Source: an uncultured SAR86 cluster bacterium
Lineage (GTDB): Bacteria > Pseudomonadota > Gammaproteobacteria > Magnimaribacterales > D2472
NCBI GenBank assembly: GCA_902513515.1
Contig: CABXNE010000004.1
Coordinates: 1-61,611 of the forward strand
DNA: 61,611 nucleotides
Direction of reading: 5' to 3'
Below, piece by piece: positions 23,718 through 33,945 of this stretch. The notes beneath the pieces are model-generated. The model saw only the letters and a list, made by a program, of their open reading frames with translations. It was not told the DNA's origin and searched no databases. Numbering within the stretch: the stretch's first letter is position 1; every line of letters starts with the position of its first letter. The translations under genes and the position numbers were made by a program.

Positions 23718-24589
23718 CCTTCAAGAAATTGACTGCGAAGATTTTTAATATCTTCGTCTGAAATATTGAGACCCTCTCTAATAAAGTTTGCTAGGCTCCC
23801 ATATTTCTCTTCAGCTGCTTTGAAAGCCGCCTCAATGTATTCTTGCTCAACTCCAAGCAGGGGGCGAAGAACATCAGGATCAGCCTGATATAGGCTCATT
23901 AGCCTTATTTGACCTATGATTTCTTCAATTCTTTCTTGTGTAAAGGTATTGGTTTTCATGTAATCCTCAATTACAACATCTTTGGGAACGCCCAGAGCTA
24001 TAAGTGTAATTGCTGCAGCAAAGCCAGCTCTGTCTTTTCCAGCGGTGCAATGAAATAGGGTTGGGGCACCATCATCAATTAGGTCCCTTAGGAAATTTTC
24101 ATATACGTCTGTATAGCTAGTTATAAATTCTCTATTTGCATCTATCAAAAAGCTTTTAACTTCTTTGTCAGTTTCACCTTTGAGCACTGCTTCTATTTTT
24201 GATCTCATAGCTCCGTCGACGCTTATTGGCATTTCAACGTATTTTATTCCTAATGGTATAACGTCAGGATCCTCTTCTTTTTCTTCCTTTGACCTAAAAT
24301 CAATTATTTTTTGGATGCCGAGATTTTGGAGATATTCTTGATCATTCTTAGTGATATCGCTGAGTTTATCAGAGCGAAATAGCATACCCCATTTAACCGA
24401 TTTACCATCAGTAGTTTTATAACCCCCAAGTTCTCTTGTATTGTGAGCGCCATCCATTGGCAACAGTCTGTGCTCTTCATTTTGATAAGAGCTATCTTCT
24501 TTATGATAAGGTCTATCCATTGTATCTATTGTTTTTGAGCATTGTGCGAGTAGAAAGCTAAAGAATAAAATTCCTACTTTTTTATACAT
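23714..24589 (-). CDS. Tyrosine/dual-specificity phosphatase family lipoprotein (IphP/MptpB-like)
   Basis: N.RELGGY, LFRS, IIDFRS, P-loop HCTAGKDRAG, DY..T; N-terminal signal peptide with LLAQ-C lipobox-like motif. Confidence 0.88.
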   Translation of the reverse strand: MYKKVGILFFSFLLAQCSKTIDTMDRPYHKEDSSYQNEEHRLLPMDGAHNTRELGGYKTTDGKSVKWGMLFRSDKLSDITKNDQEYLQNLGIQKIIDFRSKEEKEEDPDVIPLGIKYVEMPISVDGAMRSKIEAVLKGETDKEVKSFLIDANREFITSYTDVYENFLRDLIDDGAPTLFHCTAGKDRAGFAAAITLIALGVPKDVVIEDYMKTNTFTQERIEEIIGQIRLMSLYQADPDVLRPLLGVEQEYIEAAFKAAEEKYGSLANFIREGLNISDEDIKNLRSQFLEG

Positions 24590-25580
24590 CAATAATCACC
24601 TTTCCTTTAGCTTTTCTATCTTTTAGATGTGCAATGGCTGCTGCTGATTCTTCAAGAGTGAATCTATCTGAAATTTCAGGATTGATTTTTCCCGCAGCAT
24701 AAAGATCAAAAAGCTCTTTAAAATTTTTTTCATTTTCATCTGCAAACATCATTGTCCATGCACCCCAAAAAACTCCAACTATCTGACAGCTTTTTAAAAG
24801 AGCTAGATTTAGAGGCAGCTTTGGTATTTCTCCAGTTGCAAATCCAATTACAAGAAACCTACCTTCCCATGCTATTGATCTTAAAGCTGGCTCACTAAAA
24901 GATCCTCCAACTGGATCATAAATAACATCAGCTCCTTGTCCTCCAGTGAGATCTTTAATTTTATTTGAAAGCTCTTTTTGTTGGTCTCTATCTAAATTAC
25001 CCGAGGGATATACAAAGGCTTCATCTGCACCATGCTCTAAGCAAATCTTTATTTTTTCATCAGAAGAAGCTGCGGCAATGACCTTTGCTCCCATTGCTTT
25101 GCCAATTTCTACTGCACTTAGCCCAACTCCTCCTGCAGCGCCTAGCACCAACAGTGTCTCCCCAGCTTTGAGTTCCGCTCTTTGTTTTAAAGCATACAGA
25201 GAAGTCCCATAAGTCATTGGAAGGGCAGCAGCAACTGGAAAATCCATTTCTTTTGGTATCAAGGCTACCCTTGCAGCTTCAACAACAATTTTCTCAGCAA
25301 AACACCCATTTCCTGCCATAACAAAAACATGATCACCAATGCTACAAGATTCAACACCTTCCCCTATTTCTGCTATAACACCTGAACATTCTGCTCCAGG
25401 AATAAATGGCATTGGTGGCTGAACTTGATATAGACCTTGGATCATCAAGACATCTGGAAAATTAACACTAGCAGATTTAATCTCTATTAAAACTTCACCA
25501 TTGCCAGGCTTTGGATCATCTATGTCAGATAAGATTAGTTTTTCAGGACCGGCTAATTCTACACACTGCAAAGCTTTCAT
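24582..25580 (-). CDS. NADPH:quinone oxidoreductase family (MDR/zeta-crystallin)
   Basis: VNFPD...G.YQ, PG.E..G, GAAGGVG, YDPVGG, GRFLVIGFA.G, GKVII. Confidence 0.92.
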   Translation of the reverse strand: MKALQCVELAGPEKLILSDIDDPKPGNGEVLIEIKSASVNFPDVLMIQGLYQVQPPMPFIPGAECSGVIAEIGEGVESCSIGDHVFVMAGNGCFAEKIVVEAARVALIPKEMDFPVAAALPMTYGTSLYALKQRAELKAGETLLVLGAAGGVGLSAVEIGKAMGAKVIAAASSDEKIKICLEHGADEAFVYPSGNLDRDQQKELSNKIKDLTGGQGADVIYDPVGGSFSEPALRSIAWEGRFLVIGFATGEIPKLPLNLALLKSCQIVGVFWGAWTMMFADENEKNFKELFDLYAAGKINPEISDRFTLEESAAAIAHLKDRKAKGKVIIDV

Positions 25581-25588
25581 TATTCTTC

Positions 25589-27121
25589 CTAAATTTTTGA
25601 ATTATATAATTCTACATATTTATTAATGTCCGTGCCCACATTTTCCTGAAGATTTTTTAAATCTTTTAGTGACACCTCAACATTGTGTTTGAGTTCTGAA
25701 AAGTCATTGCTATTTGTTGAGCGAAGATTGTTAGCAATCTTCTTGCTTTGACTTAAACCATATTCTTGGAATGAGATATTTTGAGACTTTATTTCATTCA
25801 TAATTCTTTCACTAGGGAGGATATCTATATTCATCTCAGAATCTACCGCATTTGAATATCCTGGACAATATTCATCCATAGCACTTGCAACTTGCTTTAA
25901 TTCATCATGTAAGACAGTTTTTAATTCTAAGAGCGGAATATCAACACCACCACGTTTTAATTTTATGTCTTTAGATCTTCCGCTTTCAACCATTGCTTTT
26001 TGGTTGGCCCGGATTTCTTCGATCTCTGTATCAGAAACTTCAGGACTATCAGAAATTAGAGCATGCATTATATAAACATCTAAAAGTTTAATTTTGTTTT
26101 CATCAATGCCCTCAGGAATAAATGGATTGATATCAATGCCCCTTAACTCTAAATATTCTATTCCTTGTTCTTTTAAAAGCGTTGCTGGTCTAGAGCCGCT
26201 TGGACCAGATCTTTTGGGCCTAACTATGTCATACAGCTCATTTTCAATCTGGAGAATCCCGGTAGATATTTGTTGCGGAATACCATTACCATCAAACAAT
26301 CCCATGTCTTGGAAATCTTGAACCGGCGTTTTAATACCCTTTATGATTGCATCGATGAATTCATCTAAATTGTTGTAGCTAATTTTTAGCTCATTCTGGA
26401 TGCTGCTTTGATATCCAACCTCACTCATTCTAAGAGATGTTGCGTTTGGTAAAAATAAATCGTCTTCAAGATGTTCTTCGAGAGAATGCTCTCTATTAAA
26501 TAAATATGATTCATGCGCAATGGGCGACGCCCCAAGTCGTTCTAACAAAAACCAAAAATTTCGTTTTATATTTCTAATTGCTCCAAGATACTTATTATTT
26601 ATGAAATCTTGCGTAGGATTTTTACTTAGAGCATTCCAGGATTGATTTGATATAGAAAAATTATAGTGAATCCCTGATACAGACTGCATGATAGATCCAT
26701 ACCTTAATCTCAATCCCTTTCTATATATATGTTTTAACATTCCGCTATTGGTTTTGCCGTATTCAGCAATCTTGATTTCTTGCTCGCTTTGAAATGCACA
26801 TGGCATGGAGAAATTCCAAAGTATTTCTTCTCCCATTTCACTATAAAGAAATTTATGTAGAAGATTAAGATGCTCAAAAAGCTCCTCTGCAGACTCAAAT
26901 GTTGGAGTGATAAGCTCCACAAGCGCTTCTGCAAAGTCCGTGGTGATATCTTTGCTTGTTAGGGGGGATCCTAAATTTTTAGGATGATTGTTTTGAGAAA
27001 TATTTCCTTCTTGAGTGACACGCAAAGATTCTCTTTCAATGCCGCGCAAGATTTTAAGATTCTTAAAGAATCCCGTATCTTGATGATTTTTTAAAGAGCG
27101 CTTAAACGCATCTGAAGTCAT
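25589..27121 (-). CDS. gshA: Glutamate--cysteine ligase
   Basis: RGIERESLRV, ITTDFAE..ELITP, SMPC, YR.GL..RYG..MQ.VSGIHYNFS, ATSLRMS..GY, LQIENELY..RPK. Confidence 0.97.
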   Translation of the reverse strand: MTSDAFKRSLKNHQDTGFFKNLKILRGIERESLRVTQEGNISQNNHPKNLGSPLTSKDITTDFAEALVELITPTFESAEELFEHLNLLHKFLYSEMGEEILWNFSMPCAFQSEQEIKIAEYGKTNSGMLKHIYRKGLRLRYGSIMQSVSGIHYNFSISNQSWNALSKNPTQDFINNKYLGAIRNIKRNFWFLLERLGASPIAHESYLFNREHSLEEHLEDDLFLPNATSLRMSEVGYQSSIQNELKISYNNLDEFIDAIIKGIKTPVQDFQDMGLFDGNGIPQQISTGILQIENELYDIVRPKRSGPSGSRPATLLKEQGIEYLELRGIDINPFIPEGIDENKIKLLDVYIMHALISDSPEVSDTEIEEIRANQKAMVESGRSKDIKLKRGGVDIPLLELKTVLHDELKQVASAMDEYCPGYSNAVDSEMNIDILPSERIMNEIKSQNISFQEYGLSQSKKIANNLRSTNSNDFSELKHNVEVSLKDLKNLQENVGTDINKYVELYNSKI

Positions 27122-27130
27122 AAATTTGGA

Positions 27131-28711
27131 CTAAATTGATGGGCCCGCTGCAACTATTGCTTCACTTACTGAGAATTTTTTAAAGTTTTCTTGGAACTGC
27201 CCAATGAGATTTTTAAGATATTCATCATATTGCTCATGGTCTGACCAAGTTTCTCTGGGGGTTAGTGCTTTTGAATCCACTCCATCAATTGCCACAGGAA
27301 CTTCTAAATTAAGACCCTCTATGTGTGAAGTTTCAACATTATTCAATTCACCATTTTGAATAGCATTAACTATTCTTCTTGTTGTTGGAATATCAAATCT
27401 TGAGCCTATGCCGTGTGGACCACCAGTCCAACCAGTATTGACTAGAAAGACTTTTGAATTAAAGGCATCAATTCTTTTCATCAAAAGGTCGGCATATACT
27501 CCAGCAGGCCTAGGAAAAAAGGGCGCTCCAAAACAAGTAGAAAACGTAGTGCCGATCGATTCGGTGGAACCAACTTCAGTTGATCCAACTTTTGCGGTAT
27601 AGCCACTTAAAAAATGATAGGCCGCAGCTTCTTTTGAGAGAATCGAGACAGGAGGAATGACACCGGTTAAATCACAGGTTAAAAATATTACTGTTTCAGG
27701 TTCGCCGGCAGAATTGGATTCAACGGCATCATCAATGTGTGAGCGCGGATAGCAACAGCGTCCATTTTCAGATAAGGAAGTATTTGAGTAATCAGGAGTG
27801 CTGTTTTCATCCAAGAAGACATTTTCAATTATGCTGCCATGCTTAATTGCCTTCCAAATAACTGGTTCATTTTTTTCGGAGAGATCAATCGTTTTTGCAT
27901 AACATCCGCCCTCAAAATTAAAGACAGTGCCTACACCCCAGCCATGTTCATCATCTCCAATAAGTGAACAGGTTGGATCAGCCGAAAGTGTTGTTTTTCC
28001 AGTTCCAGAAAGCCCAAAAAATAATGAAACATTGCCATCTCGATTGACATTAGATGAGCAATGCATTGGCAGGACGTCCTTTTCAGGCATTAAAAAATTC
28101 TGCGCAGAAAACATAGACTTTTTCATTTCACCCGCATATTTCATTCCAGCAAGGAGAACTTTCCTTGCTGCAAAATTAATGATCACACATCCCTCTGAAT
28201 TTGTGCCATCTTCCTCTGGAGAACACTCATAGTTTAAGGCGCTCATTATTTGCCATTCTTTTTTCGCTTGAGGGTTAAATTCATCGGGGCTAATAAAAAT
28301 TAATTTTGAGAACATGCTATGAGAAGCGCTTTCAGCAGTTACATTCACGGGTATATAGTGATCTTCGTGTGCTCCCACATGGACTTTCGAAAGATATCGA
28401 TTTTTTTCTGCTAGATATGCATCAACTTTATCCCAGAGAAGCGAAAACTTTTCAGCATCAAAAGGCCTGTTAATGTCGCCCCAATCTATTAGATGTGAAG
28501 TGCTATCCTCTTTAACAATAAACCTATCATTTGGGCTTCTTCCAGTCCGAGCTCCAGTTTCCAATGAAAGGGCTCCATTGCTTGCAATCGTTCCCTCGCC
28601 ATTTTCAATTGCAGCTTTAATCAGTTCTTCGGTATTGAGTTCAAATGTTTCTGCCAAGGCGTTACTTCCCATAAAATTTTTATACTTTGTCGATTCTACA
28701 ATATTCTTCAT
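27131..28711 (-). CDS. pckA: Phosphoenolpyruvate carboxykinase (ATP)
   Basis: [59 protein letters not shown]. Confidence 0.98.
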   Translation of the reverse strand: MKNIVESTKYKNFMGSNALAETFELNTEELIKAAIENGEGTIASNGALSLETGARTGRSPNDRFIVKEDSTSHLIDWGDINRPFDAEKFSLLWDKVDAYLAEKNRYLSKVHVGAHEDHYIPVNVTAESASHSMFSKLIFISPDEFNPQAKKEWQIMSALNYECSPEEDGTNSEGCVIINFAARKVLLAGMKYAGEMKKSMFSAQNFLMPEKDVLPMHCSSNVNRDGNVSLFFGLSGTGKTTLSADPTCSLIGDDEHGWGVGTVFNFEGGCYAKTIDLSEKNEPVIWKAIKHGSIIENVFLDENSTPDYSNTSLSENGRCCYPRSHIDDAVESNSAGEPETVIFLTCDLTGVIPPVSILSKEAAAYHFLSGYTAKVGSTEVGSTESIGTTFSTCFGAPFFPRPAGVYADLLMKRIDAFNSKVFLVNTGWTGGPHGIGSRFDIPTTRRIVNAIQNGELNNVETSHIEGLNLEVPVAIDGVDSKALTPRETWSDHEQYDEYLKNLIGQFQENFKKFSVSEAIVAAGPSI

Positions 28712-28765
28712 CTAAGAGAGAAGCATAACTTGAGAATTTGTTGTAGTGGATTTGAAAATATTTTG

Positions 28766-28784
28766 CAATTATTGTCAATTATTG
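28766..28784 (-). promoter_or_regulatory. Candidate pckA promoter -35 element flanked by tandem CAATTATTG repeats
   Basis: CAATTATTG at 28766-28774 and 28776-28784; minus strand reads a perfect TTGACA at 28778-28773. Confidence 0.4.
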
Positions 28785-28843
28785 AAAAAACATTGCCTTC
28801 AAGGCTTTAAATATAGGTTAAATTTGTAGCAATACTACATAAT

Positions 28844-29347
28844 TTATTCTTTTGTTTGCTTTTTAAACAAAAAGAAAAGGTTGTAACAAAATAAAAAAAT
28901 AAAAAATATCAATGCCCATTCAGCAAAATTAAAGACAAATCTCCACTCATATTCAGCACAATTACCATCACCAAGAAGGATGGTTTGTATCACCTCAAAA
29001 ATTGGAAGAGTATCCATTAAAAAATCCATTGGGGGGGCGCAAGTTGGAACCTGATCGCTAGGAAGGTGCTGCAAGTAGATTTGTCTCCCAGCTATCACCC
29101 CGCCACCCATAGAAAAGAAACCAGCCATAAGGAGAAGCACTTTTCTTATTGCTAAATATAATCCAGGAATTGCCATCAGGGCTCCACATAAAGCGATTAA
29201 TCCAAAAGACCAGCGCTGAAGAATGCATAACGGGCAAGGATCATAATAGCCAAAAACTTCAAAGATATACGCCCCCACTATTAACCCCATTCCAAGACCA
29301 AAGTTAACCAGTGGAGGCAAAAGTAGAATTTTTCTTAGAATATTCAT
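28844..29347 (-). CDS. dsbB: Disulfide bond formation protein DsbB
   Basis: PCPLCILQR, second Cys pair (PTC...GNC), four TM helices. Confidence 0.93.
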   Translation of the reverse strand: MNILRKILLLPPLVNFGLGMGLIVGAYIFEVFGYYDPCPLCILQRWSFGLIALCGALMAIPGLYLAIRKVLLLMAGFFSMGGGVIAGRQIYLQHLPSDQVPTCAPPMDFLMDTLPIFEVIQTILLGDGNCAEYEWRFVFNFAEWALIFFIFLFCYNLFFLFKKQTKE

Positions 29348-29429
29348 ATTTTTAAAAGCAGCATTAAATGCATGATGATCTTATATTATTCATGGCTTAT
29401 ATAAAAACCTAATGACATAATAAATTTTT

Positions 29430-32129
29430 ATGAACACTCCTGCAAAAAAAATTTTTTTGATTGACGGTTCTTCTTATTTATACAGGGCCTTTCATGCTAT
29501 GCCGCCTTTAACAACCTCAAACGGTCTACCAACAGGTGCAGTTAAGGGGGTTACAAACATGCTGCGCAACTTACGCAAAGAGAATCCTGATTCATACTAT
29601 CTTTCAATTTTTGATGCCAAAGGGAAAAACTTTCGTCACGATATCTATAAAGACTATAAAGCCAATCGCCCTCCAATGCCTGAGGATTTAAGAGAGCAGC
29701 TTTCTCCATTAAAAGAGATATGCAATGCAATGGGAATGCCGGTTATTGAGATTCCAAAAGTAGAAGCCGACGATGTTATTGCTACCTTGGCTGTTATGGG
29801 TTCCCAGCAAGGAATGCCTATAGTTATATCTTCTTTGGATAAAGATCTGATGCAGCTAGTTGAGGATCCCCTAGTAAAGATGATGAATACTATGAACAAT
29901 CAAGTTTATGATGTAGCAGGAGTTGAAGAAAAGTTTGGTGTTCATCCCAACCAAATAATTGATTACCTAGCCCTTGTTGGAGATACCTCAGACAATATTC
30001 CTGGTGTGCCAAAAGTAGGGCCTAAAACTGCTGTTAAGTGGCTCGCTGAATTCAAGACTTTAGAGGGAATTATTAAAAATGCAGATTCATTAACAGGAGT
30101 TGTGGGTCAGAATTTCAGAGATTCAATTCCAGATTTAGATAGAAATGTTGAACTCGTAACTTTGAAAAAGGATGTTGATTTAAAAGTTTCTCTTGAGACA
30201 TTGCTTTCAGCTAAAGAGAATCCAGAAGAATTAAATAAATTATTCACATCACTTGAGTTTAAAACTTGGATAAAGCCCTCTTCAGGTTCAAGCAACGAAG
30301 CCCCAGAAGCACCAAAATCAAAAAAAGAGTATCAAACCGTACTAACAGAAAAAGATTTAAAAGTTTGGGCCAAAAAACTTGATAAGTGTAAGGTCTTTGC
30401 AATTGATACTGAAACTTCCTCTTTAGATACAATGACCGCAGATCTTATAGGGATCTCATTGGCATGTGATGAAGGGGCAGGCTGTTACATACCCATAAAT
30501 CATCAATACGAAGGGATGCCAAAACAAGCACCACTTACTTTAATTCAAAAAACTTTGGGCATCGCTATTTCAAATAATCAAAAAAAATTAGTAGGGCAAA
30601 ATTTAAAATTTGATTTGCCCATGCTTAATAGACATGGCATTAGAGTGGAGGAGTTCCTTGGAGATACCATGTTGATGTCATACGTCCTAAACAGCACAGG
30701 CACAAGGCATGGACTAGATAGAATGGCTTTATACTATCTAGATTACGAGCCTATGAAGTATGAGGAAGTTGCAGGCTCAGCCTCTAAACAAATTAACTTT
30801 GCTCAGGTTGAAATTCCAGTTGCAACATTCTATGCCGCAGAAGATGCCGACATAACTTTGAGGCTTTTTAATCACCTAAATAGCATGCTTGAAGATCAGC
30901 CAAAACTTATCAAGCTCCTTAAATCTATTGAATATCCAATGCTCCACTCGCTTTTAAGGGTTGAAACAAATGGCGCAAAGATTAACGGGCAGATGCTATC
31001 AGAATACTCTGATGAGCTGGCACTTAAAATTGAAGAATTATCTAAAGACGCATTTAAAAGGGCTGGTGAAGAATTCAATATGGATTCCCCAAAACAGCTT
31101 GTTGAAATTCTATACAACAAACTTGACTTACCGGTACTTAAAAAGACTCCCAAAGGTCAGCCCTCAACCAATGAGGACACCCTTCAAAGATTGGCTGAAG
31201 AATATGATCTTCCAAAAATTATTATTGAATATAGGGGCTTAGCAAAATTAAAATCTACATATACAGATAGCCTTATTAATATTCAACACCCTGTTACTAG
31301 AAGGATCCACACCTCCTATCAACAAGCTGTTACATCAACCGGAAGATTATCCTCAACTGAACCCAATCTTCAAAATATTCCAATTAAGACAGCAGAGGGA
31401 AGAAAGATAAGAGAGGCATTTATAGCTGAGAAAGGCAATGTATTAATTTCAGCAGACTACTCTCAGATTGAACTTAGAATCATGGCTCATCTATCTGGAG
31501 ACAAGAATTTAACTTATTCATTTAATAATAATATAGATGTTCATTCGGCCACTGCTTCAGAAATATTCAATATTCCTCTTGAAGATGTGACATCAGATCA
31601 TCGCAGAAGCGCTAAAGCAATTAATTTTGGATTAATCTATGGAATGTCCGCTTTTGGACTTACCAGACAATTGGGGATACCAAGGCATGAAGCACAAGCC
31701 TATCTAGATACCTACTTTGAAAGATATACCGGCGTAAAAAAATATATGGATTCCACAAAGGAGCTGGCCAAGAAGAATCTTTTTGTTGAGACTATTCTAG
31801 GAAGAAAACTCCATGTAGCTGCTATTAATGACTCAAATGGATTAAGGCGCCAAGCAGCTGAAAGAGCGGCCATTAATGCGCCTTTGCAGGGCTCTGCGGC
31901 AGACATCATTAAAAAGGCAATGATTGATGTTGATCATTGGATTGGGGACAATAATTCCAATATTAAAATGATTATGCAAGTTCATGATGAGTTAATTTTT
32001 GAGGTAAAAAAAGGGTTCGCTGGCGAAGCTCTTGAAAAGATTACCAATCTTATGGAGAGCTCAGTTGAATTAAAAATACCTTTAATTGTTGATGCAAAAG
32101 AGGGAGCTAACTGGAATGAGGCTCATTAA
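29430..32129 (+). CDS. polA: DNA polymerase I
   Basis: 5'-3' exonuclease (IDGSSYLYRAFHA, EADD, GDTSDNIPGV), 3'-5' exonuclease (DTET, YAAEDAD), polymerase (ADYSQIELR, KAINFGLIYG, QVHDEL). Confidence 0.99.
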   Translation: MNTPAKKIFLIDGSSYLYRAFHAMPPLTTSNGLPTGAVKGVTNMLRNLRKENPDSYYLSIFDAKGKNFRHDIYKDYKANRPPMPEDLREQLSPLKEICNAMGMPVIEIPKVEADDVIATLAVMGSQQGMPIVISSLDKDLMQLVEDPLVKMMNTMNNQVYDVAGVEEKFGVHPNQIIDYLALVGDTSDNIPGVPKVGPKTAVKWLAEFKTLEGIIKNADSLTGVVGQNFRDSIPDLDRNVELVTLKKDVDLKVSLETLLSAKENPEELNKLFTSLEFKTWIKPSSGSSNEAPEAPKSKKEYQTVLTEKDLKVWAKKLDKCKVFAIDTETSSLDTMTADLIGISLACDEGAGCYIPINHQYEGMPKQAPLTLIQKTLGIAISNNQKKLVGQNLKFDLPMLNRHGIRVEEFLGDTMLMSYVLNSTGTRHGLDRMALYYLDYEPMKYEEVAGSASKQINFAQVEIPVATFYAAEDADITLRLFNHLNSMLEDQPKLIKLLKSIEYPMLHSLLRVETNGAKINGQMLSEYSDELALKIEELSKDAFKRAGEEFNMDSPKQLVEILYNKLDLPVLKKTPKGQPSTNEDTLQRLAEEYDLPKIIIEYRGLAKLKSTYTDSLINIQHPVTRRIHTSYQQAVTSTGRLSSTEPNLQNIPIKTAEGRKIREAFIAEKGNVLISADYSQIELRIMAHLSGDKNLTYSFNNNIDVHSATASEIFNIPLEDVTSDHRRSAKAINFGLIYGMSAFGLTRQLGIPRHEAQAYLDTYFERYTGVKKYMDSTKELAKKNLFVETILGRKLHVAAINDSNGLRRQAAERAAINAPLQGSAADIIKKAMIDVDHWIGDNNSNIKMIMQVHDELIFEVKKGFAGEALEKITNLMESSVELKIPLIVDAKEGANWNEAH

Positions 32130-32650
32130 TTGCTCATCGATCCGGACCAAATTAATGGCTTTTTAACAGCTCTTTCATCTGAAGAAAGTATCTTTATTCC
32201 ATATTCTTCCCGTAAGTCACAAACTCTTTGATCCATTAAATAGTCAGGCGAAACGAAAGGCCATTTCTTATTCATTTGCTTAGCTCGCTTCCTTATTTTT
32301 AGCTTAATAGGCAGGAGCTTAATAGGGATCATTATGAGTTTAAAATAACCAGGATCGCGCCAAAAATCTTTGTATAGTTGCTTTAGTTCTGGAAGTTTGT
32401 TGTAGGCAAGCAACTCTTTTAGTTTCCATTTTGTACCCAAAAATACCCATGAATCTAACATAGACTCTTGTTCCAAAGAGGTATCAAGACCAAAAATTAC
32501 ATGAGTCGCATCATGATCCCTGATAATTGTTGATCCTGGGGCATCAATTAACTGTTTTTTTCCATTTGCTTGTAAGTACGCTCGATACTCTTCTAAGCCT
32601 TCAGCAAGAGTAATTTCGCAGTTTTGAGACTGAAAAGACAAATTAGTCAT
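32126..32650 (-). CDS. Coq4-like metal-binding protein (HDxxH-x11-E)
   Basis: HDATHVIFGLDTSLEQE matches HDxxH(x)11E; C-terminal DQRVCDLREEYGI resembles Coq4-family ends. Confidence 0.62.
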   Translation of the reverse strand: MTNLSFQSQNCEITLAEGLEEYRAYLQANGKKQLIDAPGSTIIRDHDATHVIFGLDTSLEQESMLDSWVFLGTKWKLKELLAYNKLPELKQLYKDFWRDPGYFKLIMIPIKLLPIKLKIRKRAKQMNKKWPFVSPDYLMDQRVCDLREEYGIKILSSDERAVKKPLIWSGSMSN

Positions 32651-33227
32651 TCTTGAATCCTATCAGAACCTTCCTTAATTTTTCAAGCCCAGTCTCTTTT
32701 GAGGATGAAATTCCCAAAACCTCATGAGCATTGGTTGCTTTGCTTACTTGTTGTATTGTCTTCATTAAAATATTTTTAGATACTTTGTCCGATTTAGTCA
32801 GCACGGGAACATAAGCCACCTCAAAACTTTCACACAATTCAATCATTTCGAGATCAATTGGTTTAAGTGGATGCCTAATATCCATAAATATTAAAACGGC
32901 CCTAAGGGCTTTTCTATTTTCAAAATATTCTCCAAGTAACGGCCCCCAATCTTTTTTTCTAGAGTGGCCTGATTTAGCAAAGCCATAACCGGGCAAGTCA
33001 AGAAGCTTTAAACCATCTTCAGCTTCAAAAAAATTAATTTCTGTTGTTCGCCCTGGCGTTTTACTAATCCTTGCCAATTTTTTATTGCTGGTTAAAGCAT
33101 TCAATGCGCTTGATTTGCCAGCATTTGATCTTCCAGACAATAGAATCTCTATTCCAGTGTCTTTAGGGAGGTTTTTATAGTTTGTTACACCAAATAAAAA
33201 AGCAGTATTTTTGAAAGGATTTTTCAT
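32643..33227 (-). CDS. yihA: Ribosome biogenesis GTPase YihA/EngB
   Basis: GRSNAGKSS, SKTPGRT..INFF, DLPGYG, TKSDK; start taken at ATG 33227. Confidence 0.97.
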   Translation of the reverse strand: MKNPFKNTAFLFGVTNYKNLPKDTGIEILLSGRSNAGKSSALNALTSNKKLARISKTPGRTTEINFFEAEDGLKLLDLPGYGFAKSGHSRKKDWGPLLGEYFENRKALRAVLIFMDIRHPLKPIDLEMIELCESFEVAYVPVLTKSDKVSKNILMKTIQQVSKATNAHEVLGISSSKETGLEKLRKVLIGFKND

Positions 33228-33291
33228 AAGATCATTTATCTCGAGCCACGCACGACATATAATATGCCTTCTTAACCACAACGTACAATTT

Positions 33292-33945
33292 ATGTTAAAA
33301 ACTTATTTAATCATTGGCTTAAGCATGATCTCTTTGGCAATCTCAGCAGCTGAAGTTAAGATGCCAGATTTATTGGCCATTGGAGATGCTCAAGCTGGAG
33401 CAGGATTAGTTGCAACATGTTCAGCATGCCATGGGGCTGAAGGTCAAAGCCCTAATTCTGACTGGCCAAGCCTTGCTGGACAAAATCAAAGATATATAAG
33501 CGACCAACTCAAATATTTTCAACAAGGCGATAGAGAAAATGCCTTGATGACGGCTGTTATTCCATATCTTAAAACCCTTTCAGATTCTCAATTGCTTGAT
33601 ATAGCTGCATTTTATAGTTCTCAACCACCTACTGTGGGTCAAGCCAAAGATGATGCTGATCTATTAGCTTTAGGAGAAAGTCTTTATAGGGCTGGAGATT
33701 TGGAGAGAGGCATACCAGCATGCACAGCATGTCATTCTGTTAATGGAGCTGGTAACTCCCAGGCTGGATTCCCAAGAGTTTCAGGACAACAAAAAGGTTA
33801 CTTAATTTTAACTCTTAAAGAGTATAGAAATCTTACAAGGAATGCAGGGGATTACTCTTTGGTAATGCAATCCGCATCTCAAAATCTTAAAGATTCAGAT
33901 ATTGAAGCTTTAGCAAACTATATGCATGGACTATATCAACAATGA
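33292..33945 (+). CDS. Di-heme cytochrome c4
   Basis: Signal peptide, CSACHG and CTACHS, P.LAGQ; divergent from yihA, upstream of dsbA. Confidence 0.94.
   Translation: MLKTYLIIGLSMISLAISAAEVKMPDLLAIGDAQAGAGLVATCSACHGAEGQSPNSDWPSLAGQNQRYISDQLKYFQQGDRENALMTAVIPYLKTLSDSQLLDIAAFYSSQPPTVGQAKDDADLLALGESLYRAGDLERGIPACTACHSVNGAGNSQAGFPRVSGQQKGYLILTLKEYRNLTRNAGDYSLVMQSASQNLKDSDIEALANYMHGLYQQ

Noticed and set aside
33211-33291. Apparent head-to-head overlap of yihA and cytochrome c4
   Set aside because: Artefact of longest-ORF calling; likely starts at 33227 (minus) and 33292 (plus) leave a 64-bp divergent promoter.
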